Origin: an uncultured Alphaproteobacteria bacterium
GTDB lineage: Bacteria; Pseudomonadota; Alphaproteobacteria; Rhizobiales; Rhizobiaceae
Assembly: GCA_963752795.1 (NCBI GenBank)
Contig: CAVVZH010000010.1
Span: 6,851-70,850 of the forward strand
Length of the DNA: 64,000 nt
Direction: 5' to 3'
The notes under the pieces were generated by a model. It did no database searches and was not told where the DNA came from. It was given only the letters and a program-made list of their open reading frames with translations. The position numbers were made by a program, and so were the translations under genes. Position 1 is the first letter of the stretch. Every line of letters starts with the position of its first letter. Positions 1-10,537 of this stretch are shown piece by piece.

Positions 1-509
1 CCGGCCGTCTCGGCATGAAAGGGCGCGGTGTTCAGCACCGAGATCGCGCCGATGTCGCGGGCCTGGCGGAGCGCCGCCTCGATCGTCTGCAGGGGGATTT
101 CCTGCTGCAGGAGGACGTACTCTCCCTTGCGCATGTCCGCCGCGGCGAGATCGCCCGGCAATACCGATTTGTTGGCGCCGGGAATAACGGCGATGACGTT
201 TTCGCCGGCAGCATCGACGAGAATCAGCGCGGTTCCGGTCGCGGCATGGATTCTCTCGATTTTGGAGAGATCGACGCCGCCCTGGTCGAGCAACGCCAGC
301 GCCTCGTCGGCGAAGGCGTCCTTGCCGACCGCGCCGATCATGCGCACCTGGGCGCCGGCCCGGCGCGCGGCCAGCGCCTGGTTGGCCCCCTTGCCGCCGG
401 GGGCCGCATGGAAATCCGCGCCCGATACCGTCTCGCCCGGCCGCGGCAGCCGCTCGACATTGGCGATCAGGTCGAGATTGATGGAACCGACGACGGTTAT
501 CGTGATCAA
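1..509 (-). CDS. rbsK: Ribokinase (PfkB family); 5' part only, gene runs off the left edge
   Basis: Not in the ORF track. Manual minus-strand translation from TTG at 509 (GGGAGG RBS upstream) gives MITITVVGSINLDLIANVERLPRPGETV...GGKGANQA...GENVI...LLQQEIP, the N-terminal ribokinase motifs. Confidence 0.9.
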   Translation of the reverse strand, partial: MITITVVGSINLDLIANVERLPRPGETVSGADFHAAPGGKGANQALAARRAGAQVRMIGAVGKDAFADEALALLDQGGVDLSKIERIHAATGTALILVDAAGENVIAVIPGANKSVLPGDLAAADMRKGEYVLLQQEIPLQTIEAALRQARDIGAISVLNTAPFHAETA

Positions 510-576
510 GAACGCCTCCCGAAAATCCACTTTTCGGGAAGCTAGACCATTTTCGACGACGGTTGGGAAGAGCAGA

Positions 577-1458
577 TCAACGCTCGATAAGTTGCCCCGC
601 TTCCCAGCCGAGAATGGCGCGCTTGCGCGTCAGGCCCCAGTGATAGCCGGTTAGCGCCCCGGACTTGCCCACCGCCCGGTGACAGGGCACGACAAACGAC
701 ATCGGATTGGCGCCGACAGCCGCGCCCACGGCGCGCGAGGCTTTCGGCGCGCCGATCTCCCGGGCGATCGAGGAATAGCTAACCGCCCGGCCCAACGGGA
801 TTTTCAGCAGCGCCTCCCAGACCCTGACCTGGAAGTCGGTGCCGATCATGACCACGCGCAGCGGTTCGTCGGCCCTCCATCGCGACGGATCGAAGATGCG
901 CGCCGCATAGGGTGTGGTCGCCGACATGTCCTCGACATAGCTGGCATTCGGCCAGCGCCCCGACATGTCGGCGAAGGCTTCGCGTTCCCTGCCGGCATCG
1001 TTGAAGGCAAGGCCAGCCAGTCCGCGGTCGGTCACCATGACCAGCGCCACGCCGAAGGGCGACAGATGGAAGCCGTAGCGGATGATCAACCCGGCTCCGC
1101 GCGTCTTGTAGTCGCCGGGCGACATCGCCTCATGGGTCACGAAGAGATCATGCAGCCGGCCCGGCCCCGACATGCCGACCTCGTAAGCCGCGTCGAGCAG
1201 CGGCGCACCGTCGTCAAGAAGCTTGCGGGCATGGTCGAGCGTGACCGCCTGCAGAAAACCCTTGGGGCTCAACCCGGCCCAGCGCGTGAACAATTTCTGC
1301 AAGCCGGTCGGGGTGTCGCCAACTTCGGCGGCGATGGCCTCCAGCGACGGCTGGTCGCGATAATCGAGGCTGATCTTCTCGATGCAGCGGCGGACGATCT
1401 CGTAATCGCCGCCTTCGGGAGTAATGTCTTTCTGCAGGATTGCGGTCTGCGCGTTCAT
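577..1458 (-). CDS. ada: Bifunctional AraC-HTH / methylated-DNA-protein-cysteine methyltransferase (Ada-like, no Zn domain)
   Basis: HTH region followed by GTDFQVRVW and the VVPCHRA active-site motif. Start moved to the ATG downstream of GGAGG. Confidence 0.9.
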   Translation of the reverse strand: MNAQTAILQKDITPEGGDYEIVRRCIEKISLDYRDQPSLEAIAAEVGDTPTGLQKLFTRWAGLSPKGFLQAVTLDHARKLLDDGAPLLDAAYEVGMSGPGRLHDLFVTHEAMSPGDYKTRGAGLIIRYGFHLSPFGVALVMVTDRGLAGLAFNDAGREREAFADMSGRWPNASYVEDMSATTPYAARIFDPSRWRADEPLRVVMIGTDFQVRVWEALLKIPLGRAVSYSSIAREIGAPKASRAVGAAVGANPMSFVVPCHRAVGKSGALTGYHWGLTRKRAILGWEAGQLIER

Positions 1459-1568
1459 CATGGCCTCCATGGGCTCAAAAGCTTCGAATGACCGCAATAT
1501 CGGCTCGTACGGAGTAGTTTCCCACCCGTTTCCTGACATGCGCGCTCTGGTTAAATCGGCAACCGGAA

Positions 1569-2054
1569 TCAGCGTCCCCGGGCTGTCGCCAGAGCGCGGG
1601 CAAAAGCCGTGGCGAAGCTCTCGCGGTCGTCGGGATTGAGAAAACCGCCGATCGTGACCGCCTGCCCCTGCGCCTCGACCGACATGCGCGTGATGCCGAT
1701 CTCGCTGTGCCGATTGACCGAAAATCGCGTCCAGAACGGATTGAATTTGTGCGCAACGGATTTGCCGGATGGCGCGGTCTTGCGAATGTCGAGCAGGGTT
1801 CGCGAAAGCGCCACTTCCTCACGGGCGCGGGCGGCGCGGTAGTTGAGGCGGAAGGCGACATAGACGCCGATGACATCAAGGCCGAAGAAGCCGAACACCG
1901 GCCAGGCGCCGCTGATCACGAAAAAGATGCCGGTCACCAGCCAACCGAAGGCGAGCGCTCCCATCAGGATATAAAAGCCGGTGCGGCCAAGCGACCGGTG
2001 CGGCGTCAGCAGCGCCCGAAAGAACGGCTCGTCGGCGGCGATTGTGTCGGCCAT
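1569..2054 (-). CDS. DUF2244 integral membrane protein
   Basis: LTPHRSL and GAWPVFGFFGLDV motifs; divergent from nth, as is typical in Rhizobiales. Confidence 0.85.
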   Translation of the reverse strand: MADTIAADEPFFRALLTPHRSLGRTGFYILMGALAFGWLVTGIFFVISGAWPVFGFFGLDVIGVYVAFRLNYRAARAREEVALSRTLLDIRKTAPSGKSVAHKFNPFWTRFSVNRHSEIGITRMSVEAQGQAVTIGGFLNPDDRESFATAFARALATARGR

Positions 2055-2075
2055 GGGAACAATTATAGAGAGGGA

Positions 2076-2837
2076 ATGGAAAAGCGGAACAACAAAACAG
2101 CGTTACCGGTCAAACAAAAATCCCGCGCTTCGCCGCGACGCGTCAAACCTGCGAAAATCCCCTACGCGTCAGAAGAAATCCACGAGATCTTCCGGAGGTT
2201 TTCGGTGCAGCGGCCGGAACCGCAAAGCGAACTCGAATACACCAACGCCTTCACCATGCTGGTCGCCGTCGTGCTGTCAGCGCAGGCGACCGATGCCGGG
2301 GTCAACAAGGCGACAAAGGGGCTCTTTGCCATCGCCGACACGCCGCAGAAGATGGCCGCTATGGGTGAAGGCGGCATCGCCGACCACATCCGCACCATCG
2401 GCCTTTGGCGCGGCAAGGCCAAGAACGTGCTGGCGCTGTCGCGCGCCCTCATCGAGGACCATGGCGGCGAAGTGCCGGATAGCCGAGAGCAGTTGATGAA
2501 ATTGCCTGGCGTTGGACGCAAGACCGCCAATGTCGTGCTCAACAATGTCTTCGGCCAGCCGACCATGGCGGTCGACACGCACATCTTCCGGCTGGGCAAC
2601 CGCTTGCGGCTAGCCCCCGGCAAGACGCCCGAAGAAGTGGAAGCGGGCCTGATCCGGGTCATTCCGGCCGAATATATGCGCCATGCCCATCATTGGCTGA
2701 TTCTGCACGGACGCTATGTATGCAAGGCGCGGCGGCCCGAATGCGAACGCTGCGTCATAGCGGATTTGTGCAAGGCGCCGATAAAGACCAATGACATTCC
2801 GGCGCCGCTGACCCCAATCGCGGACATACGGGCCTGA
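2076..2837 (+). CDS. nth: Endonuclease III
   Basis: LSAQATD, HhH motif LPGVGRKTANVV, VDTH and the 4Fe-4S motif C-X6-C-X2-C-X5-C. Start taken at ATG 2076. Confidence 0.97.
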   Translation: MEKRNNKTALPVKQKSRASPRRVKPAKIPYASEEIHEIFRRFSVQRPEPQSELEYTNAFTMLVAVVLSAQATDAGVNKATKGLFAIADTPQKMAAMGEGGIADHIRTIGLWRGKAKNVLALSRALIEDHGGEVPDSREQLMKLPGVGRKTANVVLNNVFGQPTMAVDTHIFRLGNRLRLAPGKTPEEVEAGLIRVIPAEYMRHAHHWLILHGRYVCKARRPECERCVIADLCKAPIKTNDIPAPLTPIADIRA

Positions 2838-2846
2838 ATCCCGTCA

Positions 2847-3593
2847 CTATTGGCTCGCGATGGGCCGCCGGACCGGTTCGCCCGAAACGGAGCGCCGCTC
2901 CCTCTCCGACACCATCTTGTGCAGATGCACCATCAGCGCGGCGGCGAAAAGCGGTGTCAAAAGGTTCACGACCGGCACGGCCAGAAATGCCGCAATGACC
3001 AGCCCGGCTAAAAAAACCGTACCGAAATTCCGCCGCCGCATGTCCTTCGCATCCGCCTCGTCGCGGAACCGCATCGCGGCGAACTCGAAAAACTCGCGGC
3101 CAAGCAGGTAACCGTTGACGAGAAAGAAGGCCGCGATGTTGATCCCCGGTATGAGGAGAAGAAAGAGGGCTACGATATTGCCGAGGATGACAATTGAGAA
3201 GAATTTCAGCGATAGCACGATCGACCGGCCCACCGGCAGCGCCCGGCCCGGCCCTTCGAGCGGATATTCCGTCTTCTCGATCATTTCCGCGATTTCGTCG
3301 AGGAACAGTCCCGCGATGATCGCCGCCACCGGTGCGATCAGAAGCGCCATGGCCAGTGCGAGACCGATGCCGGCGAGGATCGCCGCGATGATGCCGAACC
3401 ATCCGGCCCAGGCGGGAAAGCCGGGCAGCATTGCCCCGATCCACGGCAGGGCATAGGCGTCGAACAGATGCTGCAGCCCAAACCAGACCGCCAGTAGAAG
3501 CAGCAATGTCAGTCCGAGCGTCTTAAAGAACACCGCGCGGAATTCGGCGGTAAAGAGGTTTCCAATCGCCAGGCGGGCGGCTTCCAGGGTCAT
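2847..3593 (-). CDS. EI24/CysZ-like membrane protein
   Basis: Multi-TM protein with NGYLLGREFFEFAAMR and VPVVNLLTPLF motifs; start at MTLEAARL. Confidence 0.8.
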   Translation of the reverse strand: MTLEAARLAIGNLFTAEFRAVFFKTLGLTLLLLLAVWFGLQHLFDAYALPWIGAMLPGFPAWAGWFGIIAAILAGIGLALAMALLIAPVAAIIAGLFLDEIAEMIEKTEYPLEGPGRALPVGRSIVLSLKFFSIVILGNIVALFLLLIPGINIAAFFLVNGYLLGREFFEFAAMRFRDEADAKDMRRRNFGTVFLAGLVIAAFLAVPVVNLLTPLFAAALMVHLHKMVSERERRSVSGEPVRRPIASQ

Positions 3594-3765
3594 ATCGTTT
3601 CCAGGACTATCCGGTGGAAGGCGAATACCGGCGTTTCGTTTCGCCGTGCCCGGACGTAAGAGCGTGCGGCGCGCACCGCAAGCGGCGACATGGCCGGGCT
3701 TGCAAAATCGCGGCGCCCGGCTACACCATCCGGAACCGCCGAATTGCGGCCAAGCGGAGACTTCC

Positions 3766-4788
3766 ATGCCCTCATATGACGTCCTTTGCATCGGCAACGC
3801 GATTGTCGACATCATCGCCGCGGCCGATGATGATTTCATCGTCGAAAACGGCATCATAAAGGGGGCGATGAACCTGATCGACGCCGAGCGCGCCGAACTG
3901 CTCTATGCGCGCATGGGGTCAGCCATCGAAACGTCCGGCGGGAGCGCCGGCAACACGGCGGCCGGCGTGGCGAGCTTCGGCGGGAGCGCCGCCTATTTCG
4001 GCAAGGTCTCATCCGACCCGCTCGGCGAACTCTATACGCGTGATATTCGCACCCAGGGGGTGGATTTCGACACGCCGCCCCTGGCCGGCACGCCGCCGAC
4101 CGCACGGTCGATGATTTTCGTGACGCCCGACGGCGAACGCTCCATGAATACCTATCTTGGCGCCTGCGTCGAACTTGGCCCCGAGGATGTCGAGCCCGCC
4201 AAGACAAACGCGAAGGTGACCTATTTCGAGGGCTATCTATGGGATCCGCCACGCGCCAAGGAAGCGATCCGGCTGGCCGCGAAGCTCACCCACGAAGCCG
4301 GCGGCGAGGTGGCCATGACCTTGTCCGATCCGTTCTGCGTCGATCGTTACCGCGAGGAATTCCTCGATCTCATGCGCTCCGGCACGGTCGACATCGTCTT
4401 CGCCAACGAGCACGAGCTGATTTCGCTCTACCAGACCTCGTCGTTCGAGACCGCGCTCGAGGCGATCCGCGAGGATTGCAAGCTTGCCGCGGTCACCCGC
4501 TCCGCCGAGGGCTCGATCATTGTGGCGGGAGACCAAACCGTCAACATCAGGGCGACCGAAATCAATGAACTGGTCGATACGACCGGCGCCGGCGATCTTT
4601 ACGCGGCCGGTTTCCTGTTTGGCTATGCAAGGGGCCTGAGCCACAAGATCTGCGGCGATCTGGGCTCGCTCGCCGCCGGGCTCGTGATCCAGCAGATCGG
4701 TCCGAGGCCGCGCGAAAACCTCCGCGACGCCGCCGAACAGGCCGGACTTCTCGAAGGCGTCCGGTCGCGGAAAGCGGCGCAAAAATGA
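3766..4788 (+). CDS. Adenosine kinase-like PfkB family kinase
   Basis: GNAIVD, SGGSAGNT, FEGYLWD and DTTGAGD motifs. Confidence 0.9.
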   Translation: MPSYDVLCIGNAIVDIIAAADDDFIVENGIIKGAMNLIDAERAELLYARMGSAIETSGGSAGNTAAGVASFGGSAAYFGKVSSDPLGELYTRDIRTQGVDFDTPPLAGTPPTARSMIFVTPDGERSMNTYLGACVELGPEDVEPAKTNAKVTYFEGYLWDPPRAKEAIRLAAKLTHEAGGEVAMTLSDPFCVDRYREEFLDLMRSGTVDIVFANEHELISLYQTSSFETALEAIREDCKLAAVTRSAEGSIIVAGDQTVNIRATEINELVDTTGAGDLYAAGFLFGYARGLSHKICGDLGSLAAGLVIQQIGPRPRENLRDAAEQAGLLEGVRSRKAAQK

Positions 4789-5294
4789 ATTTCAACAAAC
4801 GTTTTTCCGTTGTCGCCAACGCTGTCGCCCATGCCACGGGTATGCCGGCGACGTTTCTCGCCTGCTGCGTCATCGTGGTCGTATGGGCGGTCAGCGGCCC
4901 GTTTTTCGGCTATTCCGATACGTGGCAGCTTGTCATCAATACCGGCACCACCATCATCACCTTCCTGATGGTGTTCCTCATCCAGAACACGCAGAATCGC
5001 GATAGCGGCGCCATCCAGGCAAAACTCGATGAACTGATCCGCGTCGGACGTGGGGAGAATACCTTTATCGGCATCGAACACCTTACCGACGAGGAAGTGG
5101 CCCAATTCCGCGACCGGTGCGAGAAGGCGGCAAAGGCCCACGGCCGCGATGTCGAAAAAGAAAGAAGCCTGAAGGCAAAGGCCGCCGAACTCGCAAAGAA
5201 GAAACAGGCCGCGTCGCGCGGGAAACGAAAGCCCGCCGCCAAATCGGCCGCGGCGAGGAAATCGGGAGCCAGTGCATCCCGGAGGTCAAAATAG
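4785..5294 (+). CDS. Low-affinity iron permease (Fet4-like) family protein with a basic C-terminal tail
   Basis: WQLVINTGTTIITFLMVFLIQNTQNRD...AIQAKLDELI signature. Confidence 0.88.
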   Translation: MNFNKRFSVVANAVAHATGMPATFLACCVIVVVWAVSGPFFGYSDTWQLVINTGTTIITFLMVFLIQNTQNRDSGAIQAKLDELIRVGRGENTFIGIEHLTDEEVAQFRDRCEKAAKAHGRDVEKERSLKAKAAELAKKKQAASRGKRKPAAKSAAARKSGASASRRSK

Positions 5295-5311
5295 TCATCT
5301 GATACGCGCAG

Positions 5312-5344
5312 AAAAAAGGCGCATCCCGAGGGACGCGCCTTTTC
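5312..5344. terminator. Bidirectional intrinsic terminator
   Basis: AAAAAAGGCGCATCCCGAGGGACGCGCCTTTT: GC stem flanked by A and T tracts between convergent genes. Confidence 0.75.
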
Positions 5345-5365
5345 CGTTCAACCTGTTCGTTCAGA

Positions 5366-5935
5366 TCAGAACTTGTAGCTCAGCCTGGCGCGGATCACGT
5401 CGGCATCGGCATCAAAGCCGGTATTGTCGAAGTTGCCGAAGCCATAATGAAGGTATTCGATACCGGGAACGATGTGGTTGGTCGCGGCCCATTCGACGCC
5501 GCCACCGGCCACCCAGCCGGTATCGTTGAACCCGCCGGCCTTGGCGTATGCGACACCGCCCGTGCCGTAGACCATCCAGCGATCAAAGGCGTAACCGAGG
5601 CGGCCACGTCCCGTAATCGTGTAGTCCACATCATTGCCGCCAAAGCTCATGCCCGTGGCGTCCATATCGCCTTCAATACCCAGAACGACATTGTTGCTGA
5701 ACTGGTAATTGAAGCCGAGCTGGCCACCGCCGACGAAACCGTCATCGTCGAATGCTCCGGCATTGGCCCAGCCATAGCCCAGATTGGCGCCGATATAGGC
5801 ACCGGTCCAACTGAAGACCGGAACGACCATAGGAGCCGCGGGAGCCGGCGCCTGTTCGGTAACCATGTCGGCTGCGCTGGCGGCGGTGGCTGTCAACGCA
5901 AAGGCCGCAACCGCTGCGAGAAGGATCTTTTTCAT
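5366..5935 (-). CDS. Outer membrane beta-barrel protein, Omp25/Omp31/RopB family
   Basis: Signal peptide ending ASAAD, then FSWTGAYIG, GRLGYAFDR and a C-terminal YKF. Confidence 0.9.
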   Translation of the reverse strand: MKKILLAAVAAFALTATAASAADMVTEQAPAPAAPMVVPVFSWTGAYIGANLGYGWANAGAFDDDGFVGGGQLGFNYQFSNNVVLGIEGDMDATGMSFGGNDVDYTITGRGRLGYAFDRWMVYGTGGVAYAKAGGFNDTGWVAGGGVEWAATNHIVPGIEYLHYGFGNFDNTGFDADADVIRARLSYKF

Positions 5936-6083
5936 GGTAGTCTACTCCTTGGAACTGCCCTCACCGCCCGGTGAATTGGTGAGGCGATAGGCACAGAACA
6001 AGGCACTAGAAAGATCGTTCCCACGATTTTTTCACACCACTGATGGTTGTGACATCAATGCAACAGCCGCATGCGATGTCCCC

Positions 6084-6720
6084 TCAGGGAATATCTTCCG
6101 GATTCCGGCCCGGACGCGAGCGGTAGGCGGGGAAAGTCCAGCCGAAACGTAGCGCGCCACCGCGCACCGCGAACGCCGCCAGAAAGGCGAACGAGGCGGC
6201 AATCAGGATGGTCGCGCCCCAAAGTCGGGCCAGCGTGAACGCCGCCGCCCCCGTCATCGCGGCGGTGACGTATATCTCCGGCCGCAGCAGGACGGAAGGC
6301 TCGCCTGCCAGCAGGTCGCGCAGGATGCCGCCGAACGTCGCCGTCAGCACTCCTGTTATGATGGCGACCGTGGGAGAGCCGGTCGCCGCCAGACCCTGCG
6401 CCGCGCCCATGGCGGAATAAGCGGCAAGTCCGATGGCATCCAGCCAGAGCAGCAGTTTGTAGCGGGATTCGACCAGATGAGCGGTGAAGAAGACCAGAAC
6501 GCTCACCACGACGCAGACCAGCACATAGGCAGGATTGCGCACCCAGAAAACCGGAAGGTGGCCGAGGAGCACATCCCGCAACGTGCCGCCGCCCGTACCG
6601 GTGACGGCGGCGAGGAAAAGAAAGCCGATGATATCAAGCTGCTTGCGCGACGCGGCAAGCGCGCCCGTCGCGGCAAATACCGCGAACTCCGGCATAGTCG
6701 AGCAACAGGATAGGATTCAT
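6084..6720 (-). CDS. TRIC/UPF0126 (YadS-like) membrane protein with an apparent +1 frameshift near 6685
   Basis: ATG at 6720 gives MNPILLLDYAGV, and the frame of ORF 6084..6695 continues AVFAATGALAAS...GGGTLRD...GGILRD. Total length is 3n+1. Confidence 0.8.
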
Positions 6721-6771
6721 GGCGTCTTCCCCCGGCTCAGGATTAGCCGAGGGTCGCGGCGTGCGAAAGCC

Positions 6772-7422
6772 TTACGCGTCCTTTTCGGCCTGCGCGTCGG
6801 GCGGACCGGGTTCCGCCGCCGGTTCGGCAGCGGGATGTTTGGGGCCGCCCTTGGCGACGCCCACCATGGCGGGGCGCAAGACGCGGTCACCTATGACATA
6901 GCCGGTCTGCACCACCTGAACGACCGAATTGGCGGGAACGTCCGCGTTGGGCACTTCGAACATCGCCTGATGAAAATTCGGATCGAACTTTTCACCCTGC
7001 GGTTCGAGCTTCTTCACGCCATGCCGCTCGAGCGCGGAAAGCATGGAGCGCTCGGTCAGTTCCACACCCTCGATGAGCGAGGTGAACCCGGCATCGCCGG
7101 AGGCTTTCGCCTCCGGCGGAATGGCGTCGAGCGCGCGCTTCAGATTATCCGAGACGGAGAGCATGTCGCGCGCGAAATTGGCGATCGCGTAGACACGCGC
7201 GTCATGCACATCGCGGGCGGTTCGGCGGCGCAAATTCTCCATATCGGCGGTCAGCCTCAGGGCGCGGTCCTTCAGTTCCTCGTTTTCCTTGGCAAGCCGC
7301 ATGAAGGCTTCATAGTCAGCCGCCAGGGCGCCTTCCTCATTGGCATTCGCCGGGCTCTGCTCGGCCGAGCCGTCCTTGAGGTTCGCATTCGAGGCGGTTT
7401 CGTTTTCGGGCTTTTTGTTCAT
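6772..7422 (-). CDS. grpE: Nucleotide exchange factor GrpE
   Basis: [18 protein letters not shown] and [14 protein letters not shown] motifs. Confidence 0.97.
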   Translation of the reverse strand: MNKKPENETASNANLKDGSAEQSPANANEEGALAADYEAFMRLAKENEELKDRALRLTADMENLRRRTARDVHDARVYAIANFARDMLSVSDNLKRALDAIPPEAKASGDAGFTSLIEGVELTERSMLSALERHGVKKLEPQGEKFDPNFHQAMFEVPNADVPANSVVQVVQTGYVIGDRVLRPAMVGVAKGGPKHPAAEPAAEPGPPDAQAEKDA

Positions 7423-7462
7423 CGCCAATCCAATATCGCGGTGGTCCGTGGAGTTGCGCCCG

Positions 7463-7491
7463 ATATCGAGGTTCGAAGCCCGAAAATCAAG
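7463..7491 (-). promoter_or_regulatory. Putative RpoH/RpoD-type promoter of grpE
   Basis: CTTGAT-N17-CGATAT on the minus strand about 40 nt upstream of grpE. Confidence 0.5.
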
Positions 7492-7524
7492 AGGCAACGC
7501 AGGCGGCACGAGACGCCAGACGCG

Positions 7525-8595
7525 CTATCCCAGCATGCGGCTGATCATCTGCGCCGTATAGTCGACCATGGGCACGATGCGCGCGTAATTCAGCCGGGTG
7601 GGGCCGATAACGCCCAGCGCCCCAACGACACGCGCGTCCTTGTCGCGGTAGGGCGCGACGACCAGCGACGAGCCAGAAAGCGAGAAAAGCTTGTTCTCGG
7701 AGCCGATGAAGATGCGCACCCCCGAGCCCTCCTCGGCCAGATCCAGCAACTGGATGAGGCCTTCCTTGGTCTCGAGATCCTCGAACAGATGGCGCAAAAG
7801 GTCGATGTCGCCCTGCGCCGTGATGTTTTCGAGCAGATTGGCGCGTCCACGCACGATGAGCCGCGCCGGCAAATTGTCCTCCGTGCCGGCCCATACCGCC
7901 AGCCCCCTTTCGACGAGTTCCTGCGATAGCGTATCGAGCGCGGCGCGGGTCTCGTCCTTGAGCCGGGCGATCTCGATGCGCGCTTCGACCAGCGTGCGGC
8001 CCCTTATATGGGCGTTGAGGAAATTCGAGGCCTCGTGCAGTTGAGATGTCGTCACGCCAGCGGGGATATCGATAACCCTGTTTTCGACATCGCCATTTTG
8101 CGACACGAGAACGGCCAACGCCTTGTCCGGCTCGAGCTGGATGAATTCGATATGCTTGAGCGGCGTCTCGGCCTTGGTGGCCAGCACCAGTCCCGCGCCG
8201 CGCGACAGGCCCGACAGCATCTGGCTCGCCTCGGTCAGCATGTGTTCCAGGCTGGCGCCGCTGCCCGACGCCTTGACCTGGGCATCGATGACGCGGCGTT
8301 CCTCGTCGGATAAATCGCCAAGCTCCATGAAGGCGTCGACGAAGAAGCGCAGCCCCTTCTGCGTCGGCAGCCGGCCCGCCGAGATGTGCGGCGCGTAAAT
8401 CAACCCGAGATGCTCGAGATCGCTCATGACATTGCGCACCGTCGCCGGCGAAAGCGACAGCGGCAGCATGCGCGACAGGTTGCGCGACCCCATCGGTTCG
8501 CCGTCGCGCAAATAGGAATCCACCATCAGGCGGAAGATATCGCGCGAGCGGGCATCGAGCAGTTGCAGGTTCTGGTCCATAAGCGGCTTCGTCAT
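7525..8595 (-). CDS. hrcA: Heat-inducible transcription repressor HrcA
   Basis: SPATVRNVMSDLE, PHISAGRLPT and GVIGPTRLNY motifs. Confidence 0.97.
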   Translation of the reverse strand: MTKPLMDQNLQLLDARSRDIFRLMVDSYLRDGEPMGSRNLSRMLPLSLSPATVRNVMSDLEHLGLIYAPHISAGRLPTQKGLRFFVDAFMELGDLSDEERRVIDAQVKASGSGASLEHMLTEASQMLSGLSRGAGLVLATKAETPLKHIEFIQLEPDKALAVLVSQNGDVENRVIDIPAGVTTSQLHEASNFLNAHIRGRTLVEARIEIARLKDETRAALDTLSQELVERGLAVWAGTEDNLPARLIVRGRANLLENITAQGDIDLLRHLFEDLETKEGLIQLLDLAEEGSGVRIFIGSENKLFSLSGSSLVVAPYRDKDARVVGALGVIGPTRLNYARIVPMVDYTAQMISRMLG

Positions 8596-8737
8596 TTTTC
8601 GCGAGCAGCCTCCATACAGGAGAAATATAGACGTGTGAGGAACGAACGCAACGTGAAGCGAACGGCCTTTTCCTTTGCGTCGCTTTGGCCATGGCGTTAC
8701 AAGCCGCCCACGATTCCAATCAGGAGAATGCGATCTC

Positions 8738-9454
8738 ATGCGGCCATCCAAGCGCGACAATGACGAAATGCGGGCCATTTCCTTCGAGCGCGGCGTCGCC
8801 AAGCATGCGGAAGGCTCATGCCTCGTGAAGTTCGGCGACACGCATGTCCTGTGCACGGCAAGCCTGGAGGAAAAGGTGCCGGGCTGGATGCGCAATTCGG
8901 GCAAGGGTTGGGTGACGGCCGAATACGGCATGCTGCCGCGCTCGACGGGCGACCGGATGCGGCGCGAGGCGGCTACCGGCAAGCAGGGCGGACGAACGCA
9001 GGAAATCCAGCGCCTCATCGGCCGCTCGCTGCGCGCCGTCGTCGACCTCAAGGCGTTCGGCGAAGTGCAGATCACCGTCGATTGCGACGTGCTGCAGGCC
9101 GACGGGGGCACGCGCACCGCCTCCATCACCGGCGGCTGGGTGGCGCTCAACGATTGCCTGCAATGGATGGCAGCGCGGCAGATGATCGTTGTCGGCAAGG
9201 TGCTGAAAGACCATGTCGCGGCGATCTCCTGCGGCATCCATGACGGCCAGCCAGTCCTCGACCTCGATTATGACGAGGATTCGACGGCCGGTACCGACGC
9301 CAATTTCGTCATGACGGGGAAGGGCGGCATCGTCGAGATCCAGGGTACCGCCGAGGGCGAACCGTTCAGCCAGGCGCAATTCACCGAACTGATGGCGCTG
9401 GCGCGCAAGGGCATCGGGCGGTTGGTCAGCCTGCAGCAGATGGCGATCGCCTGA
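8738..9454 (+). CDS. rph: Ribonuclease PH
   Basis: MRPSKR start, [26 protein letters not shown] and [13 protein letters not shown] motifs. Confidence 0.98.
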   Translation: MRPSKRDNDEMRAISFERGVAKHAEGSCLVKFGDTHVLCTASLEEKVPGWMRNSGKGWVTAEYGMLPRSTGDRMRREAATGKQGGRTQEIQRLIGRSLRAVVDLKAFGEVQITVDCDVLQADGGTRTASITGGWVALNDCLQWMAARQMIVVGKVLKDHVAAISCGIHDGQPVLDLDYDEDSTAGTDANFVMTGKGGIVEIQGTAEGEPFSQAQFTELMALARKGIGRLVSLQQMAIA

Positions 9455-9461
9455 TTTCGTG

Positions 9462-9893
9462 ATGACTCCCGCCGGCATCCTCGAATCCGCGCTTTATGTC
9501 GATGATCTCGACAAGGCCGAAGCGTTCTATCGAGACGTTCTCGGCCTCGAACGGAAAGTGAAGACGGAAGGCAGGCAGGTCTTTTTCCGCTGCGGGAACA
9601 GTATGCTGCTTCTCTTCAACGCGGCTGCGACCGAGACACCTCCGCCGCAGGACGCCAGGCTGCCGGTGCCGCCCCATGGCGCGCGCGGCGACGGCCATCT
9701 CTGTTTTCGCGCCACCGGCGAGGAAATCGAAGCCTGGAGGGCGCATCTCACAGCGCACGGGGTGGCGATCGAAGCCGATTTCGTCTGGCCCTCCTCCGAC
9801 CCGGAATCAACAGGCGGCCGTTCGATCTATTTCCGTGATCCGGCCGGCAATTCGCTGGAATTCGCCGAGCCGAAAATATGGGGCATGGAATGA
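9462..9893 (+). CDS. VOC/glyoxalase family protein
   Basis: [10 protein letters not shown]...GHLCF...[14 protein letters not shown]. Confidence 0.88.
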   Translation: MTPAGILESALYVDDLDKAEAFYRDVLGLERKVKTEGRQVFFRCGNSMLLLFNAAATETPPPQDARLPVPPHGARGDGHLCFRATGEEIEAWRAHLTAHGVAIEADFVWPSSDPESTGGRSIYFRDPAGNSLEFAEPKIWGME

Positions 9894-10537
9894 TCTTCAA
9901 GGCGGGCGAAAAGCTGGTGGTGGCCACGCATAATGCGGGCAAGCTGCGCGAATTCAGCGATCTGATCGCGCCGTTCGGGCTGCAGGCGGCATCGGCGGGC
10001 GAGCTTGGCCTGCCCGAGCCGGAAGAGACCGGCACGACATTCGAGGAGAATGCCTTCATCAAGGCCGACGCGGCGATGCGCGCCACCGGCCTGCCGGCGC
10101 TGTCGGACGATTCGGGCTTGTGCGTGGATGCGCTCGGCGGCGATCCCGGCGTCTATACGGCGAACTGGGCCGAGACTCCGGATGGCTCGCGCGATTTCAA
10201 CATCGCCATGGGCAAGGTGGAGGATTTGTTACGGGAAAAGGGCGTTACGGCCCCATCCGACCGGCGCGGGCGCTTCGTCTCCGTCATCTGCCTGGCCCTG
10301 CCCGACGGCACTTCCGAGTTCTTTCGCGGCGAGGCGGAAGGTGCGCTGGTTTGGCCCCCGCGCGGCGACCAGGGCTTCGGCTACGATCCCGTCTTCCTGC
10401 CGGATGGACACAAGCGCACCTTCGGCGAGATGAGCGCGGAAGAAAAACATGGCTGGAAACCCGGCCAGGCCGAAGCGCTGTCGCATCGCGCCCGCGCCTT
10501 CCAGAAATTCGCCCGCGCCTGTCTGGGCTCGACATGA
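9890..10537 (+). CDS. rdgB: dITP/XTP pyrophosphatase
   Basis: [23 protein letters not shown] and SHRARA motifs. Confidence 0.96.
   Translation: MIFKAGEKLVVATHNAGKLREFSDLIAPFGLQAASAGELGLPEPEETGTTFEENAFIKADAAMRATGLPALSDDSGLCVDALGGDPGVYTANWAETPDGSRDFNIAMGKVEDLLREKGVTAPSDRRGRFVSVICLALPDGTSEFFRGEAEGALVWPPRGDQGFGYDPVFLPDGHKRTFGEMSAEEKHGWKPGQAEALSHRARAFQKFARACLGST

Noticed and set aside
15-654. Plus-strand ORFs 15..545 and 28..654
   Set aside because: Antisense shadows of the minus-strand ribokinase.
7422-8738. CIRCE element near hrcA/grpE
   Set aside because: No TTAGCACTC-N9-GAGTGCTAA seen in the intergenic regions.
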